A DNA stretch of 64,000 nt from Azolla caroliniana. Taxonomy: Eukaryota; Plantae; Polypodiophyta. The stretch is taken from NCBI GenBank assembly GCA_043228905.1, contig JBHGNT010000005.1, positions 10,044,001 to 10,108,000 on the forward strand. Direction: 5' to 3'. Position 1 is the stretch's first letter. Every line of letters starts with the position of its first letter. A program made the translations under genes and the position numbers. This document shows, one piece after another, positions 24,333 to 35,756 of this stretch. The notes under the pieces are model-generated. The model had not been told where the DNA came from. It worked only from the letters and a program-made list of their open reading frames with translations, and ran no database searches.

Positions 24333-27039
24333 GTGAAACCATTGAAGATTTTAATATAATGAAGCATGATCAATATAATTACTTTGTCATTGGTGGATCG
24401 CATTCAGCGGAGGCATGTCGGCAACTTGTGAGAGAACATCCAACGACTTTCTTCTTCAAGTATGCCGAGTGCAAAATTTACGTGGGTCTCACAACTGAAG
24501 AGGCAAAGATGTTGGCATGGGACCACAATAATGATAATGACTATAGGCAGAAAATGTCGTCGATTGAGCATATAAGGTTCTTCCACCATGAGTATTTGGA
24601 CGTCAAACAAAAGTTTGGTGTGAAGCTACATCCAGGCCTATGACGTCAATGCTTGCATGAAGTCGACATTGTGGTAGATGACAATGTTAAGTCCGATGGT
24701 CTTCGAAAGTATGAGTCTTGGTTTCAACTGGCCTTTAGAGATGGAGAAGTATGGGATCTACAGGATCAAATCTTCTCAATGTGGGAGAATAAGGAGGTCA
24801 AGGGTCAATGACAAAAAAAATGTAAGGTTGACCCTCAACTAGAATTAAAGTCACAAGCAGCCAAGAAAATTGACTTGACAATTGAAGAAGTAGCTGACGA
24901 CATGAAGTTGTCTCTATGGAGAGCGATGCAAGGTATTAAGGACGACCAACTTCTTGTGTCTGTTTTGTCAAGGGTTGTGGCCAAAGATTTAAGCCTTCAA
25001 GAAATGGTCACTGAGTTCAATAAGTAAGTCTTTCAAACACTGATATTGAAGTCTATATGGTGCAATTCAAAGTTCTAATCTCGTTTTCTAATTTCACAGT
25101 CATAAGGTGTACATGAAGATCCAAGAAGTTATGATGAAATAACTTGGATGTATAACTTGGGAACAAGTTACCAAGGATTATCCACTAACTTCTTCAATAA
25201 GGTGTTATCGGAGTATTTTATTGCATTCAAGGATTGGGTTAGTATTGGTGGTTTTTCATTACGCTTTCATCATATGTAGAGCTTGTATAATAAAACTTGA
25301 TGTCCTATTGCTTCTATTAGAAACTGTGTCGTGGCAAGAAACAAGGAGAAGTTAAGGATATACACGATTTCTCGACATCCTTACTTGCACATCTTGAGAG
25401 AGCCAGAAAAGAAAAGGATCGTCGCTTAGTCAAGGCGTACGAAATGGAGGAAGATGGTTCCTTTAAAAAATTTAACAAAAAAGATATTACGAGAGATCTT
25501 TACTACAATGTGGTTTGTGGCGATGTCGTTGATATGATCCAAAAGGTGCCAAAGAATGAATATACGCTAATGATTGCGGATATTCCTTATGGATTTCGAA
25601 TGGTTGGGTCATCATACGACAATGAACCGTTTAGGTTTAAACAGTTGGAGAAGATGGTCAAGGATTTTGCTGAGCTAACAACTACATCCTTGTGGAGAAT
25701 AGTTGTCTTTCATAGTATGGACCAAGGGTACTCGGTAGCTCAAGCTTTGAGATCTCGTTGCCATGGCATCAAGAACCTTGCATGGTAAGGATTATTTATA
25801 GGTGTCATTCACTATATTGCATTTCGTAAGATTGTTCAATCTATTCTTAACTCAATGTATTATTTTTTATAGGATAAAAACCAATGTAAATAGAGGACCA
25901 ACCTTTCAGTTCGTTAATGTCATTGAATACATCACGGTTGGCTACTTTGATGAAATTAAGAAACAAAGAATCAAGGAGCATTCTAATGAAGTGGGAGGTT
26001 CAAATCTGCTAGTATATCCAGCAGTGACACGGAAATTGCGACATGTCACCATGACAGAATGGGGACTTGTCAACCCATACCAAAAACCTCAACGACTTAT
26101 GATGTGCTTGATCAAGATGTTTTCTATCGAAGGAGACTAGATATTAGATCTCTTTTCTGGCACAAGTATTCCTCAAACTAGGGTAACGATCTTGAGATAA
26201 CCAATACCGAATCTTTTTTGTTTGAGAACTAATTCTTGTTACTTTCTTCACAGGAACGACGTCTACATGTGCATTCAAGCTCTTTAGAAACACTGTTGCA
26301 TTGGAGAAGGACGAGGAGAAGGTTATATTTATAAACATGAGGATGAAGGCTTTGTGGGAGTGCCCAGACCAGGACGAGGAGGTCGGTGCAAAGAACCTCG
26401 CTGATACAGAAAGGTTTCAACCTACTTCGCGAGAGCCTATTCCTCCGTTTGCCGGGGAACCGGGGGAGCTAATAGAACTTGATGATGAGCTTATAGAAGA
26501 TATTTCATTGGCTCGGCTAACAGGGGAAGCGAATGCACGTATAGCCGAAGAGACTTCTACACAGGATGATGAAGAAAATGACATTGATGAATTTATTGTT
26601 ATGTAATAGACTCTATGAAGAAAATGACATTGACGATATGTTTGGATTTCACATTATTAATACAAATTTTGGGTTTTACTTGGTGGATTCTATTCTTTAT
26701 AATCTTCTATATGTTTCAATTTTATTTTTATATACTTAGTTAGTAGACTTATGACATTGGTTTCACTGCGTGCATAGTTGGCTACCAAATTTATGGAGAA
26801 ACATGAATTAGTTTAAATTGAGGCTGATTTTGGTCCAAGTTTACCTTAACATAACATGGTCGTAGAATTGTTGCCATGACTATCCATGTTGTTATTATGG
26901 ATCTTTTTCTTCTATTGTTAAAACTATTATGTTTCTATTCCATTGCTACTTAGATTGTGTAGTGTGTTGATAATGGTTCCACTAGCGTTATCGGCATGGT
27001 TTTATACGCTTGTAGTTCCACTAGTGTTATCGTTCGGAG

Positions 27040-27313
27040 TTTGATCCTGTGTGAATCACCTAAGCAATAGAGTAGATCAATTTTTAATACAAGTATGAAA
27101 GCCTTAATAGGTTTGTTATTTCCACCACATTATCCTAAAGTTCACTGTCTTACATTGTCCACAATTATATACATATGGTTTGATCCCATACGAACAAACT
27201 GAGGAATAGATTAGATCAACTTTAAATACAAGTATTGAATACTTTGATAAGTTAGTTATTCCAATCACATTATCCTAAGTGCACTATCCTACATTGTCCA
27301 CTATTATATACAT
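27040..27313 (+). repeat. Diverged ~139-bp tandem duplication near the transposon right end
   Basis: TTTGATCC..AGATCAA..AATACAAGTAT..CACATTATCCTAA..TACATTGTCCAC..TTATATACAT occurs twice. Confidence 0.75.
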
Positions 27314-28263
27314 GCACGTATGGGTCAAAGTATAAATTATAACTCATTTTATTAGTATGGATACAAGTACACCTCATATTTTTGTAAAACTTACCAAATT
27401 AATATAAGTCTTTAACTTAGTGTTTCCCATGTCGCACATTAGTGACATATTGAGCCATTGTTGAACTTTATTATGCCAGGGATCGCCCATCCACTCTTCC
27501 ACCGTAGCCGGTTCCCGTTTCCTGCCGCCACCATCCTTCACACTCGGGCTCACGTTGCCATGTCCGCTTGAACTGCCGGTGTCTCCGGATTGGTGTGAGG
27601 ATCCCATAGGACCGGTCTTTCACTGCCTTTGCCCTCGTCCCCTCACCGCCACCGTCAGTCTCTTGGTCTTAGGTCGACCCCACTACCGACTACCGAAGTC
27701 TCTAGATCCGGTGTGGAGGATCCTCCTTGGGCCCCGGTTTGTCTTCCCTGACCCTGTCCCAGGTCTGCCTTCTCCGCATGTCAAGAGTGTGGCTTGCTCC
27801 GCGCCCTCTCCCATGGTACCGTCGTACCGTGCTCTCGACCTCTTTGTAGGCCTGCCTCTTCCTCCCTTCCGGATCAGTTATCCAGAAGTCCGCTCCGTCC
27901 GGTTCTCGTCCGGGTCCGATCGTCACTCCGCATTGCTGAGTCCCGTTCTCCTACCGCCATCATCAGTATCTTGGTCTTACGTCGGATCTGATGCCGACTT
28001 CCGAAGTCTCTAGCCCGGTGTGAGGTGACCCATAGGACTTGTCTTTGTTCTCCTTGTCTGGATCGGTTGTATTGGCCGTGAACTTCTCGTCCTCGCAGCC
28101 ACTTTCCGTCTCTTAGGTCTTCCGTTGGTTCTCGAACACAACCGCCTAAGTCTCGGGAACGAGTGTGGAGGACCCATACTTCGGTCATTCGCCCCTTTCG
28201 TTTCTCCTCGTCGCCGTTGATGCCCTTTTTCCTGGGCTTACCCACCATCTCCCTTCTCTTTCG

Positions 28264-29065
28264 TGACGGGAACTCAACGCTCCTTATGCGCAATGCTCGG
28301 CCACAACCGAGCTTAAAATCATACACAGAAAATGGGAATGAATGCACGATACAAGAGAAGAGACAAGTACACAGGATGTTTACGTGGAAAACCCAAACTA
28401 AGGGAAAAACCACGGCAGCCCACAGGCTGCAAACTATCACTATGCTAGAATGTACAACAGTGAGTTCACGGAGGCAACGACCTCGCGCTCACGATCCTCG
28501 CCATAGGTGGCGGTTACAACAGAGGCAACGACCTCTTTCTCTCTCTCTCTCTCTCTATACACAGTTCCGCGCTCTCTCTCTCCTTGCACCAACAAGAATA
28601 ACAACTAACTAAAAGTTTGCCCTAAGTCATATTTATACTAATATGAGTTTTCGGCTATCTACAAATATAGCCATGATGGACTCTCATAAACATATTTACT
28701 AATATGTCTCTTCATCCGGTGAGCACTCCTCACCGGGTCTGCACCATCCGGCTCTCCCTAGCTGAGTACTCCTCATCCGGTCCTCACCGGGTCTGCACCA
28801 TCCAGCTCTCCGTAGCCGGGTACTCCTCATCCGGTTCTCACCAGGTCTGCACCATCCAGTTCTCCGTAGCCGGGTACTCCTCATCCGGTTCTCACCGGGT
28901 CTGCACCATCCGGCTCTCCGTAGCCGGGTACTCCTCATCCGGTTCTCACTAGGTCTGCGCCATCCGGCTCTCCGTAGCCGGGTACTCATCATACGGTTTC
29001 CCATCAACACTGTTCTTCAGCATTGTTCTTCTCCCTTCCCATCCGGAGGAACCTGTCTCCCAACA
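28264..29065 (-). mobile_element. Copia family-B-related solo LTR with internal 54-bp tandem repeat
   Basis: TG..CA ends, TSD TTTCG, about 5 copies of a 54-bp unit at about 28725-28995; inverse homologue of 38740-39491. Confidence 0.92.
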
Positions 29066-32000
29066 TTTCGGTCTTACGTTGCCATGTCGGCTTGAACAAC
29101 CGAAGTCTCCGGTCAAGATGTGGGGATACCGATTTCGTAACGACTCCCAGCGATTCTTCCCAGGCCACCGACCCTTTTAGTGGTGTCGATGGATAGCATC
29201 CTCTCTATGATTGATCAAGCCCCGTCTGGGCTTAAATCTCCAATGTGCGGAGTTTCGGCTCTGATGTCGATCCTGCCGGACTCGTTCCGCGCCCTCGATC
29301 ATTTCCCTCTTGATTCCCGACCTTCGCCTGGTCAGTCTTTCTCCCCTTGTAAAAGAGGGCGGTTCGTTCCGCACCCTCTTCCGTATCGGCACTTTCATGC
29401 CGATTCTGGCCTCGGTCGAACAATCCACGACCGGATCGCGCTCCACCCGAATCGAAGTGCCACGCGGTTCAGTCCCCGGTCAGGTTGCTTCTTTGTTCTT
29501 TCGTCGACCTTCTCGTGGGCCATTTCCCATCCATCTTCGTTGGCATCATGCTAGGACTCCTCGATACCGTCATTCATCTCGTCGGTCTCATGTGGGCGTA
29601 AGGGCTTGAATGCAGAGTTCTCCAGAATCAGTTCCGAGGGCTCTTGTTTGCTCCCTCCTCGTATCGTCTCTCTAGCAATTCTCAGACTCACTCTGCCGCT
29701 TTCCTCCTCTTGGGACTCACGTGGGCACTCGGGCCTGACTGCCCTCGTCTTGGGAGCAAGTGTGGGAAGATGCGTAGAATCGCCCGTCCTATTTACGCAC
29801 TTGTTCGTAGCCACCGGTTCCTCGTGGTTGGTGGTCATCTTCTTCCCGATCGCGCAAGCCCCGCCTGGGCTTGCTTCTCCATTGACCGGATTTTCGGGCT
29901 GACGTGCCTGAAACGGCCAGTCCCAACATTCCAATTCTTCGATCGGTATCTCGGCCTTGTCCTCAGCCGTTCTATCTCCACAATCCGAGAGGGTGTTTTG
30001 TTCCGCACCCTCTCCGGCGGTACCGTCATACCGATCTTTTGCCATCTCGTGGGGATGGTTCGTCTGCTCGGTGTCGGCTTGCGACCTCGATCTTTCCTCT
30101 TCCTCGAGCATTGCCTCGAGGGCTGCATACGCCTTCGCAATCCTAGCCCTGAAGCCGAGCCTTGCCGATTCTCTTTGTCGTTCGATCTCTTCCCCCTGTG
30201 ATGGCGCACCATCGCGCACCTTCCTCCTAGCCTTCTCGGCTCGCTCCTCATCTAGCCGTTGGCATACCCTTCCGACCTTCAACCAGTCCTCCGTGAGGCC
30301 ATTCGCTCCGTCATCCTCTTCGAGCTCAAGTCCGATGACCTCCCATTCCGCCTGGTCTATCGACCTGAAGAATAGTAGGACTTTGTCCGCACCCACCAAT
30401 CTTTGTTCCTGCTCCGGGAGCCGAGCAAGCCGTCGCTCGAACTCTCAGAACGCCTTCGTTGCGCCCCGGTGGGTCTTTGCCGATGCCACCCACTGGTCGA
30501 AGTTGCGTCGTCCCCGCCTCATCCGCCGTCCTCCATATGCCTGCAGGAGCGTCTCTTCGAAGGCCTCCCACAAACTATGAGCTTCTCGGAGCTCCTTCAC
30601 TTCTCGGACGGCGACGACCCGACAGAAGAACCCCAGCCTCAATGCCTCGTCTACGTCTCGCTCCTCCATTTCCGCGTTGTAGGCTTCCAAGTAGAATTGG
30701 AAGTTGTTCCCGTTGAAACGGCTGACTCTTTCGAGCACTTGCTCAACAACTTGTTGCGTCGTCTCTCTTCTTGTTGTTGCTCGTCCAAACTCCCTCACCG
30801 CTTCGACAAAAAGTTGTGTGAAGTTGTCTTCTTCCAACTCCATTCCCCCTTGCCGCCCTTCACGTCGGGTTCACCAAATATGTCGCGTTATTACACGCGT
30901 GCGTGTAGAAGGGGCGGGACCACGGGGGTCTCAGAACGAGGGAGGAAGGGATGCCAAAAAGGCGATTCCGGACGCGTCCCAAAGGCAACCGAACCCTAGA
31001 CCCTCCACAAAATGGTATACCCTTACGAATCAAAATGGGCAACCCCTCAACAAGGGACCCCTCCCTCCTTTTATAGACTAAGGAGGGGAAGGCATTACAA
31101 TGTGGGACAAATACTCCCCTTTATTCTATACGTCGTTGTCGTGAAGATTTTCGGCAATAGTGTAAAAATCCCATAAAACGTACGAAATCGAGTATGAATC
31201 ACATAATACAATAATTGTGAAGATAATATTTTTAATATCTAAGTACAAAATGATGGAGGTTTCGAATGCACTTTATTACACGAGAAACAGACAACTAAAT
31301 GTCAAGATATGAGGGTATAAAGTTTGTGAAAGGAAAAGAGAAAATTGTGAGATATCCCACATAGGCACGACAAATACGGCTCTCATCATATATAAGGTAG
31401 AGCAAAAGATATTATCTTTGTGTCTATGTGTGGAGCATAGAGAGTTCAAGGTAACTTGAACTAAGAGTGGAGGTGGGCTAGCTACTCATAAAGGGTTTTG
31501 GCAAACCAAAACCAGACCGGCGATGGAGCCAGTGATCCGGCGGCATCCGACGGCAATCCGACATCCGGCGAGGCACCGGTAACCGACGACAATCCGGCAT
31601 CCGGCGGCGGTGAAACAACGGCATCTGGCGGGGCACCGGTAACCGACGACATCCGGCGGCAGCACCGGTATCTGGCGAGGCATCCGGCGGCGGCACCGGT
31701 ATCCGGCGGCAATCGGCGACGGCATCCGACGAACCAACGTCTAGATAAATAAATATATAAATGTATATACATATACAAGGAGGGCAAGTAAGGATTCGAA
31801 CGTTGCACCTCCAAGTTAGGAATCAATTGGCTTACCATTAAGCCATGCTATTTAGTTAAAATTATATTTCTATCATTGTACTTTTACATGTAAATTCTCA
31901 TACATGAGAGCTAAAATGAGTGACATGGTTATCATGCACCACATGTAATACATAAGCGTCAAATGGCAAACATGCAATTTATGCACGTCTTGTACCCTCA

Positions 32001-33678
32001 CATGCATCATATGCATGAGAGCATCTATAAAAGAAGGAAAGGGGAGGAGAAAAAACATGTTTTTTTTTATGAAAATTAAGAGGAAGAAATTCGTTATCAA
32101 ATTGATCGTGTAACTTGTTTCTTAAATCTAAAGTTAAAAGTTCAATCAATCTCTCTCAATCGTGTAATCTCAACTCTTCTCTTTCCCAATCTATCTTAAG
32201 TACTTTCTCGCTAAAGCCTGTGCCAAAGCTTGTACCGACTTTGAATCCTTCCGGTCCAGAACCCCAGCGGTTCCGCCTCACAATCCGCGCGTAGCGACGG
32301 ATCTTCACAACATAATAAAGTGGTGAACCCGACGTGAAAGAGGCGGTAGGAAGGATCAAGTCGAGATTAATACTTGGAGATGGCGTCCTCAAGCAACCAA
32401 GCGGGAGAGCTCGAAAGGATGATGCTAATCGTCGAGCAAATGATGAGATCTCGGGACAACGACGCGAGCGTGGAGAAGGCTGTCGATCATGGCGTAGAGC
32501 TCGAGGGCCAATTCGATGGAAGGAATGTTACGAAGTTCCTTGATGCATATAGAAGGGAGATGAATCAGAGGGACGTGTCCGAGGCACATCAAATCGCAAG
32601 CTTCAAGAGAGTTGTCGCCAACAACATCCAAAGACGCGTCATCGAGCTTCAAGAAGGTAAGACAACATGGTCCGAGTTCGAGAAAACGATACTAGCGGAG
32701 TTCGTGACTGAAGACTCAACGAGGATGACTCGACATGCCCTGATGAAGTGGATAGAGAAGAAGAATAAGAAGATGAGCGGCTCGAGGGTGTACGACGAAT
32801 TCGACTAGATGTTTAGTTGTCTCCCCAATACAGACCAAGTGTTGCTTGAAGAGGACAAGACTTTGTACTTCTTGAAGGCCGTGGACATAAAGGATAGACG
32901 GGAGTTGGGGACTCTTCTCGAACATGATACCCAAGCAAATGGGCTCGTAGCGGACAGGATCGTGGTGAAGCGGGCATGCAATAGGCTCGACAAGCGTCGC
33001 CAATGGGTTGATGACACCGACTTGACGGGACCGACTACCACGGAGAAAGCAAGACCGCCGAAAGTAGTTGAGACGCCAAGACAAAGTAACGTGGAAGAAA
33101 AGAAGATTGATGACGACATCATTGAAGAGCTAACGAAGAAGTTCGAGAAGGTCACGCTAGCCAACATGAATCGTCGGGGCCCTAAAGGAAAAGAACCCTT
33201 TAGATGCGTGTGGTGCGATAGCATGGACCACATGAGAAGGGATTGTGCGAGCCTTCGAGAGGCGATTTGACAAAATATCGTATACATAGAGGACAACATG
33301 ATCTGCTCAAGCGAGACTAGAAGACCCCTACGGGTGAATTTCGGAAGAGGAGGAATGAAGAAATCTATGGAGGATGCCAATGCGACTCATGTGGATGCGA
33401 TGCACTATGCTGCGTCGGCCGGAATAAGAGTCGGGAAAGACAAGACTGAAGCTGCTAGAGCGGGAGCAAAGTTTTGGACTTCCGTTCTCGAATATGAGAA
33501 GAAGGGAAAAGTCACATCGAACGAGGTAGCGCTTGCGGACCGAAGCGTGCAAAGCATAACCGGGTGGTCGGATCCGGTGGACGACAACACCATACTCGCA
33601 GAGGTGATGTGCGACAACCACGAGGTGTTCGTCGAAGAAAAGAGAAAGAGAATAGAAGAGCAAGGCCCATCAAAAAGA

Positions 33679-34529
33679 CATGAAACAAGGAACGCGAAAA
33701 AGAAGGACGATGGGGAGACGAGTCCACCTTTACAAACGGAGGAACGAGAATCAAGCCGAAAAGGGGAGCCGGGCATACAAGTTGAAGAAACAGTTCAGCC
33801 CGTGAAGGTTGGTGTCGAAGACCCCCCTTGAAGGACAAGGACTATACCTACCTATAAGCTAAGGTCGGACATAGAGGAAACGACGGACCTAAAGAAGATT
33901 CTCGAAGAACGAGTTCTTGATAGGCACGTAACTTTGTTCTTGAGGGAATTGCTTGGCATTACGAAGAAGGAGTTCCATGACACGATCGTGGACCTTGTAA
34001 AGAGAAAGAGACAACAATCGGACGAGGAAGAAGAGAAGCCGCAAAAAGCAAAAACGAATGCCATAACGATGGCAAAAGACGAAATCGATGAAGATATGGT
34101 GGACATGAAACAAGGAACGCGAAAAAGAAGGACGATGCGGAGACGAGTCCACCTTTACAAACGGAGGAACGAGAATCAAGCCGAAAAGGGGAGCCGGGCA
34201 TACAAGTTGAAGAAACAGTTCAGCCCGTGAAGGTTGGTGTCGAAGACCCCCCTCGAAGGACAAGGACTATACCTACCTATAAGCTAAGGTCGGACATAGA
34301 GGAAACGACGGACCTAAAGAAGATTCTCGAAGAACGAGTTCTTGATAGCCACGTAACTTTGTTCTTGAGGGAATTGCTTGGCATTACGAAGAAGGAGTTC
34401 CATGACACGATCGTGGACCTTGTAAAGAGAAAGAGACAACAATCGGACGAGGAAGAAGAGAAGCCGCAAAAAGCAAAAACGAATGCCATAACGATGGCAA
34501 AAGACGAAATCGATGAAGATATGGTGGAC
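33679..34529 (+). repeat. 425-bp near-perfect tandem duplication in gag-protease
   Basis: CATGAAACAAGGAACGCG at 33679 and 34104; both copies end in GATATGGTGGAC. Confidence 0.93.
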
Positions 34530-34933
34530 AGCCACTACACTCGACCTCATTGGGCACGAGCGACAACGGAGACGCCGGTGAAGATCGGGGAGAAGAAAGA
34601 GACCATGGTAGCCTTGATCGACCACGGCTCGGAGATCAACCTCATGTCAACCGACTTCTACAAAAAAGGAAGATGGCCAATCAATACAAACCACGGATGG
34701 AAGATTCACGCGGCAACAAAGTCTACGGAGGATTTGTACGGAGCTTGTCCCAATGTCAAAGTCACGATCGGGGATGTGGAGATGGATCAACACTTCTTCG
34801 TACAAGAATCGGCGTCACATCCTGTCATCCTAGGGAAATCTTATATCACATCATCTCGGATGGAGACCAAAGTGTTCGATAATGGAGCAGCCTTCGCACG
34901 AATAAAGAGTCTTGACAACCAAAGATCGGTCCA

Positions 34934-35756
34934 ATGGTTACGTTAAGCAGCGGAAGATTAGTATGATATGCGTGATATGCGCGTGAGAGTGTGTGAGAGG
35001 AAGAGAGAGAGAGAGAGGAAGTTATACTTATGAACACGAAGATAAATGGGGGATGATTGACTATATTGAAAAGTGTCATCAACATACAAAAATACCCCCA
35101 ATGAGGTATATATACAACCCATGTGCAAAGGTGCACATGTGTGGGTAGAACACAGGTACTTATGTGTAAGTCCTACATTAAATGTACTAAGGAGTGGAGG
35201 ATCTAGAATATCCCACTTAAGTACAAGGTCCTATTTAAAGGCTTAAGGTCAACACATTAACTAGATTCGATCTAGGTAACTATTAAGTTAAATTTGTTGA
35301 CTAACTAGATTAAACTAGTTGAGCTTGATATCTCAATAGAAATGATCTTCGGATTCCTGCATTTTCGCCTTGCATTTGTCTAGCTTTGGACTTGGCCGAA
35401 ATATGCTTTTATCACTTGGGGGCTCTTGCGGTCCACTCAGTCCTGTCGTAGTTGGGTTGTCTTCGAACATTTGCGTGAGCCAATCCTCGACTTCTATTTT
35501 TATTTCGGTGTCATCCGCATCGAGCGGAGTCGAAGTATTCTCTGGTGCATACCAGAATGCGGACTCGTCGAAGACTACGTCTTGACTGATGCAAACTTTT
35601 TGGGTAGATGGGTTGTAGCATTTGTACCCCTTTTGTTCGAGCGAGTATCCCACAAGGATACATTTCTCCGACTTTGGATCAAGCTTGTGCCGTGTATCTT
35701 CGGGAATGTGTACATAGGCGACTGAGCCGAAAATGCGGACATGCGATAAGTTCCGT
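34934..35756 (-). mobile_element. Copia family A LTR (34934-35337, truncated) plus integrase C-terminal fragment
   Basis: LTR nearly identical to about 60410-60804; KLDPKSEKCILVGYSLEQKGYKCYNP. Confidence 0.88.

Larger units (their letters stand above)
21593..26606 (+). pseudogene. Spliced gene for a ParB/Srx-like domain fused to a beta-class N6-adenine/N4-cytosine DNA methyltransferase
   Basis: Predicted exons 21593-21627, 22946-25023 (minus solo LTR), 25100-25237, 25321-25784, 25873-26165, 26254-26606 with GT-AG introns. Motifs: YFVIGGSHSAEA (GGSH at 24392-24403), GDVVDM..LMIADIPYG (DIPY at 25579-25590), W|IK, NPYQKP (26072-26089), ILDLFSGT|xTT..ALEKD. In-frame stops can be explained by single transitions from CGA/CAA/TGG. 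Confidence 0.85.
17638..27479. mobile_element. Two-gene DNA transposon (Sola-like transposase plus ParB-methyltransferase gene)
   Basis: AT-rich block inside GC-rich retroelement DNA, flanked by the direct repeat GGATCGCC (17630-17637 / 27480-27487); host element sequence resumes after it. Confidence 0.88.

Noticed and set aside
25444-26606. Bacterial contamination or restriction-modification system
   Set aside because: The gene has spliceosomal introns and a TATA box, is nested in plant retroelements, and has no endonuclease partner.
21593-26606. Currently functional methyltransferase gene
   Set aside because: Apparent frameshift in exon 1, a solo-LTR insertion, and in-frame stops at about 24641, 24808, 25139 and 26138.
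28699-29010. Repeat-peptide ORFs (RMRSTRLRRAGWCRPGEN)
   Set aside because: 54-bp LTR minisatellite; no sign of coding function.
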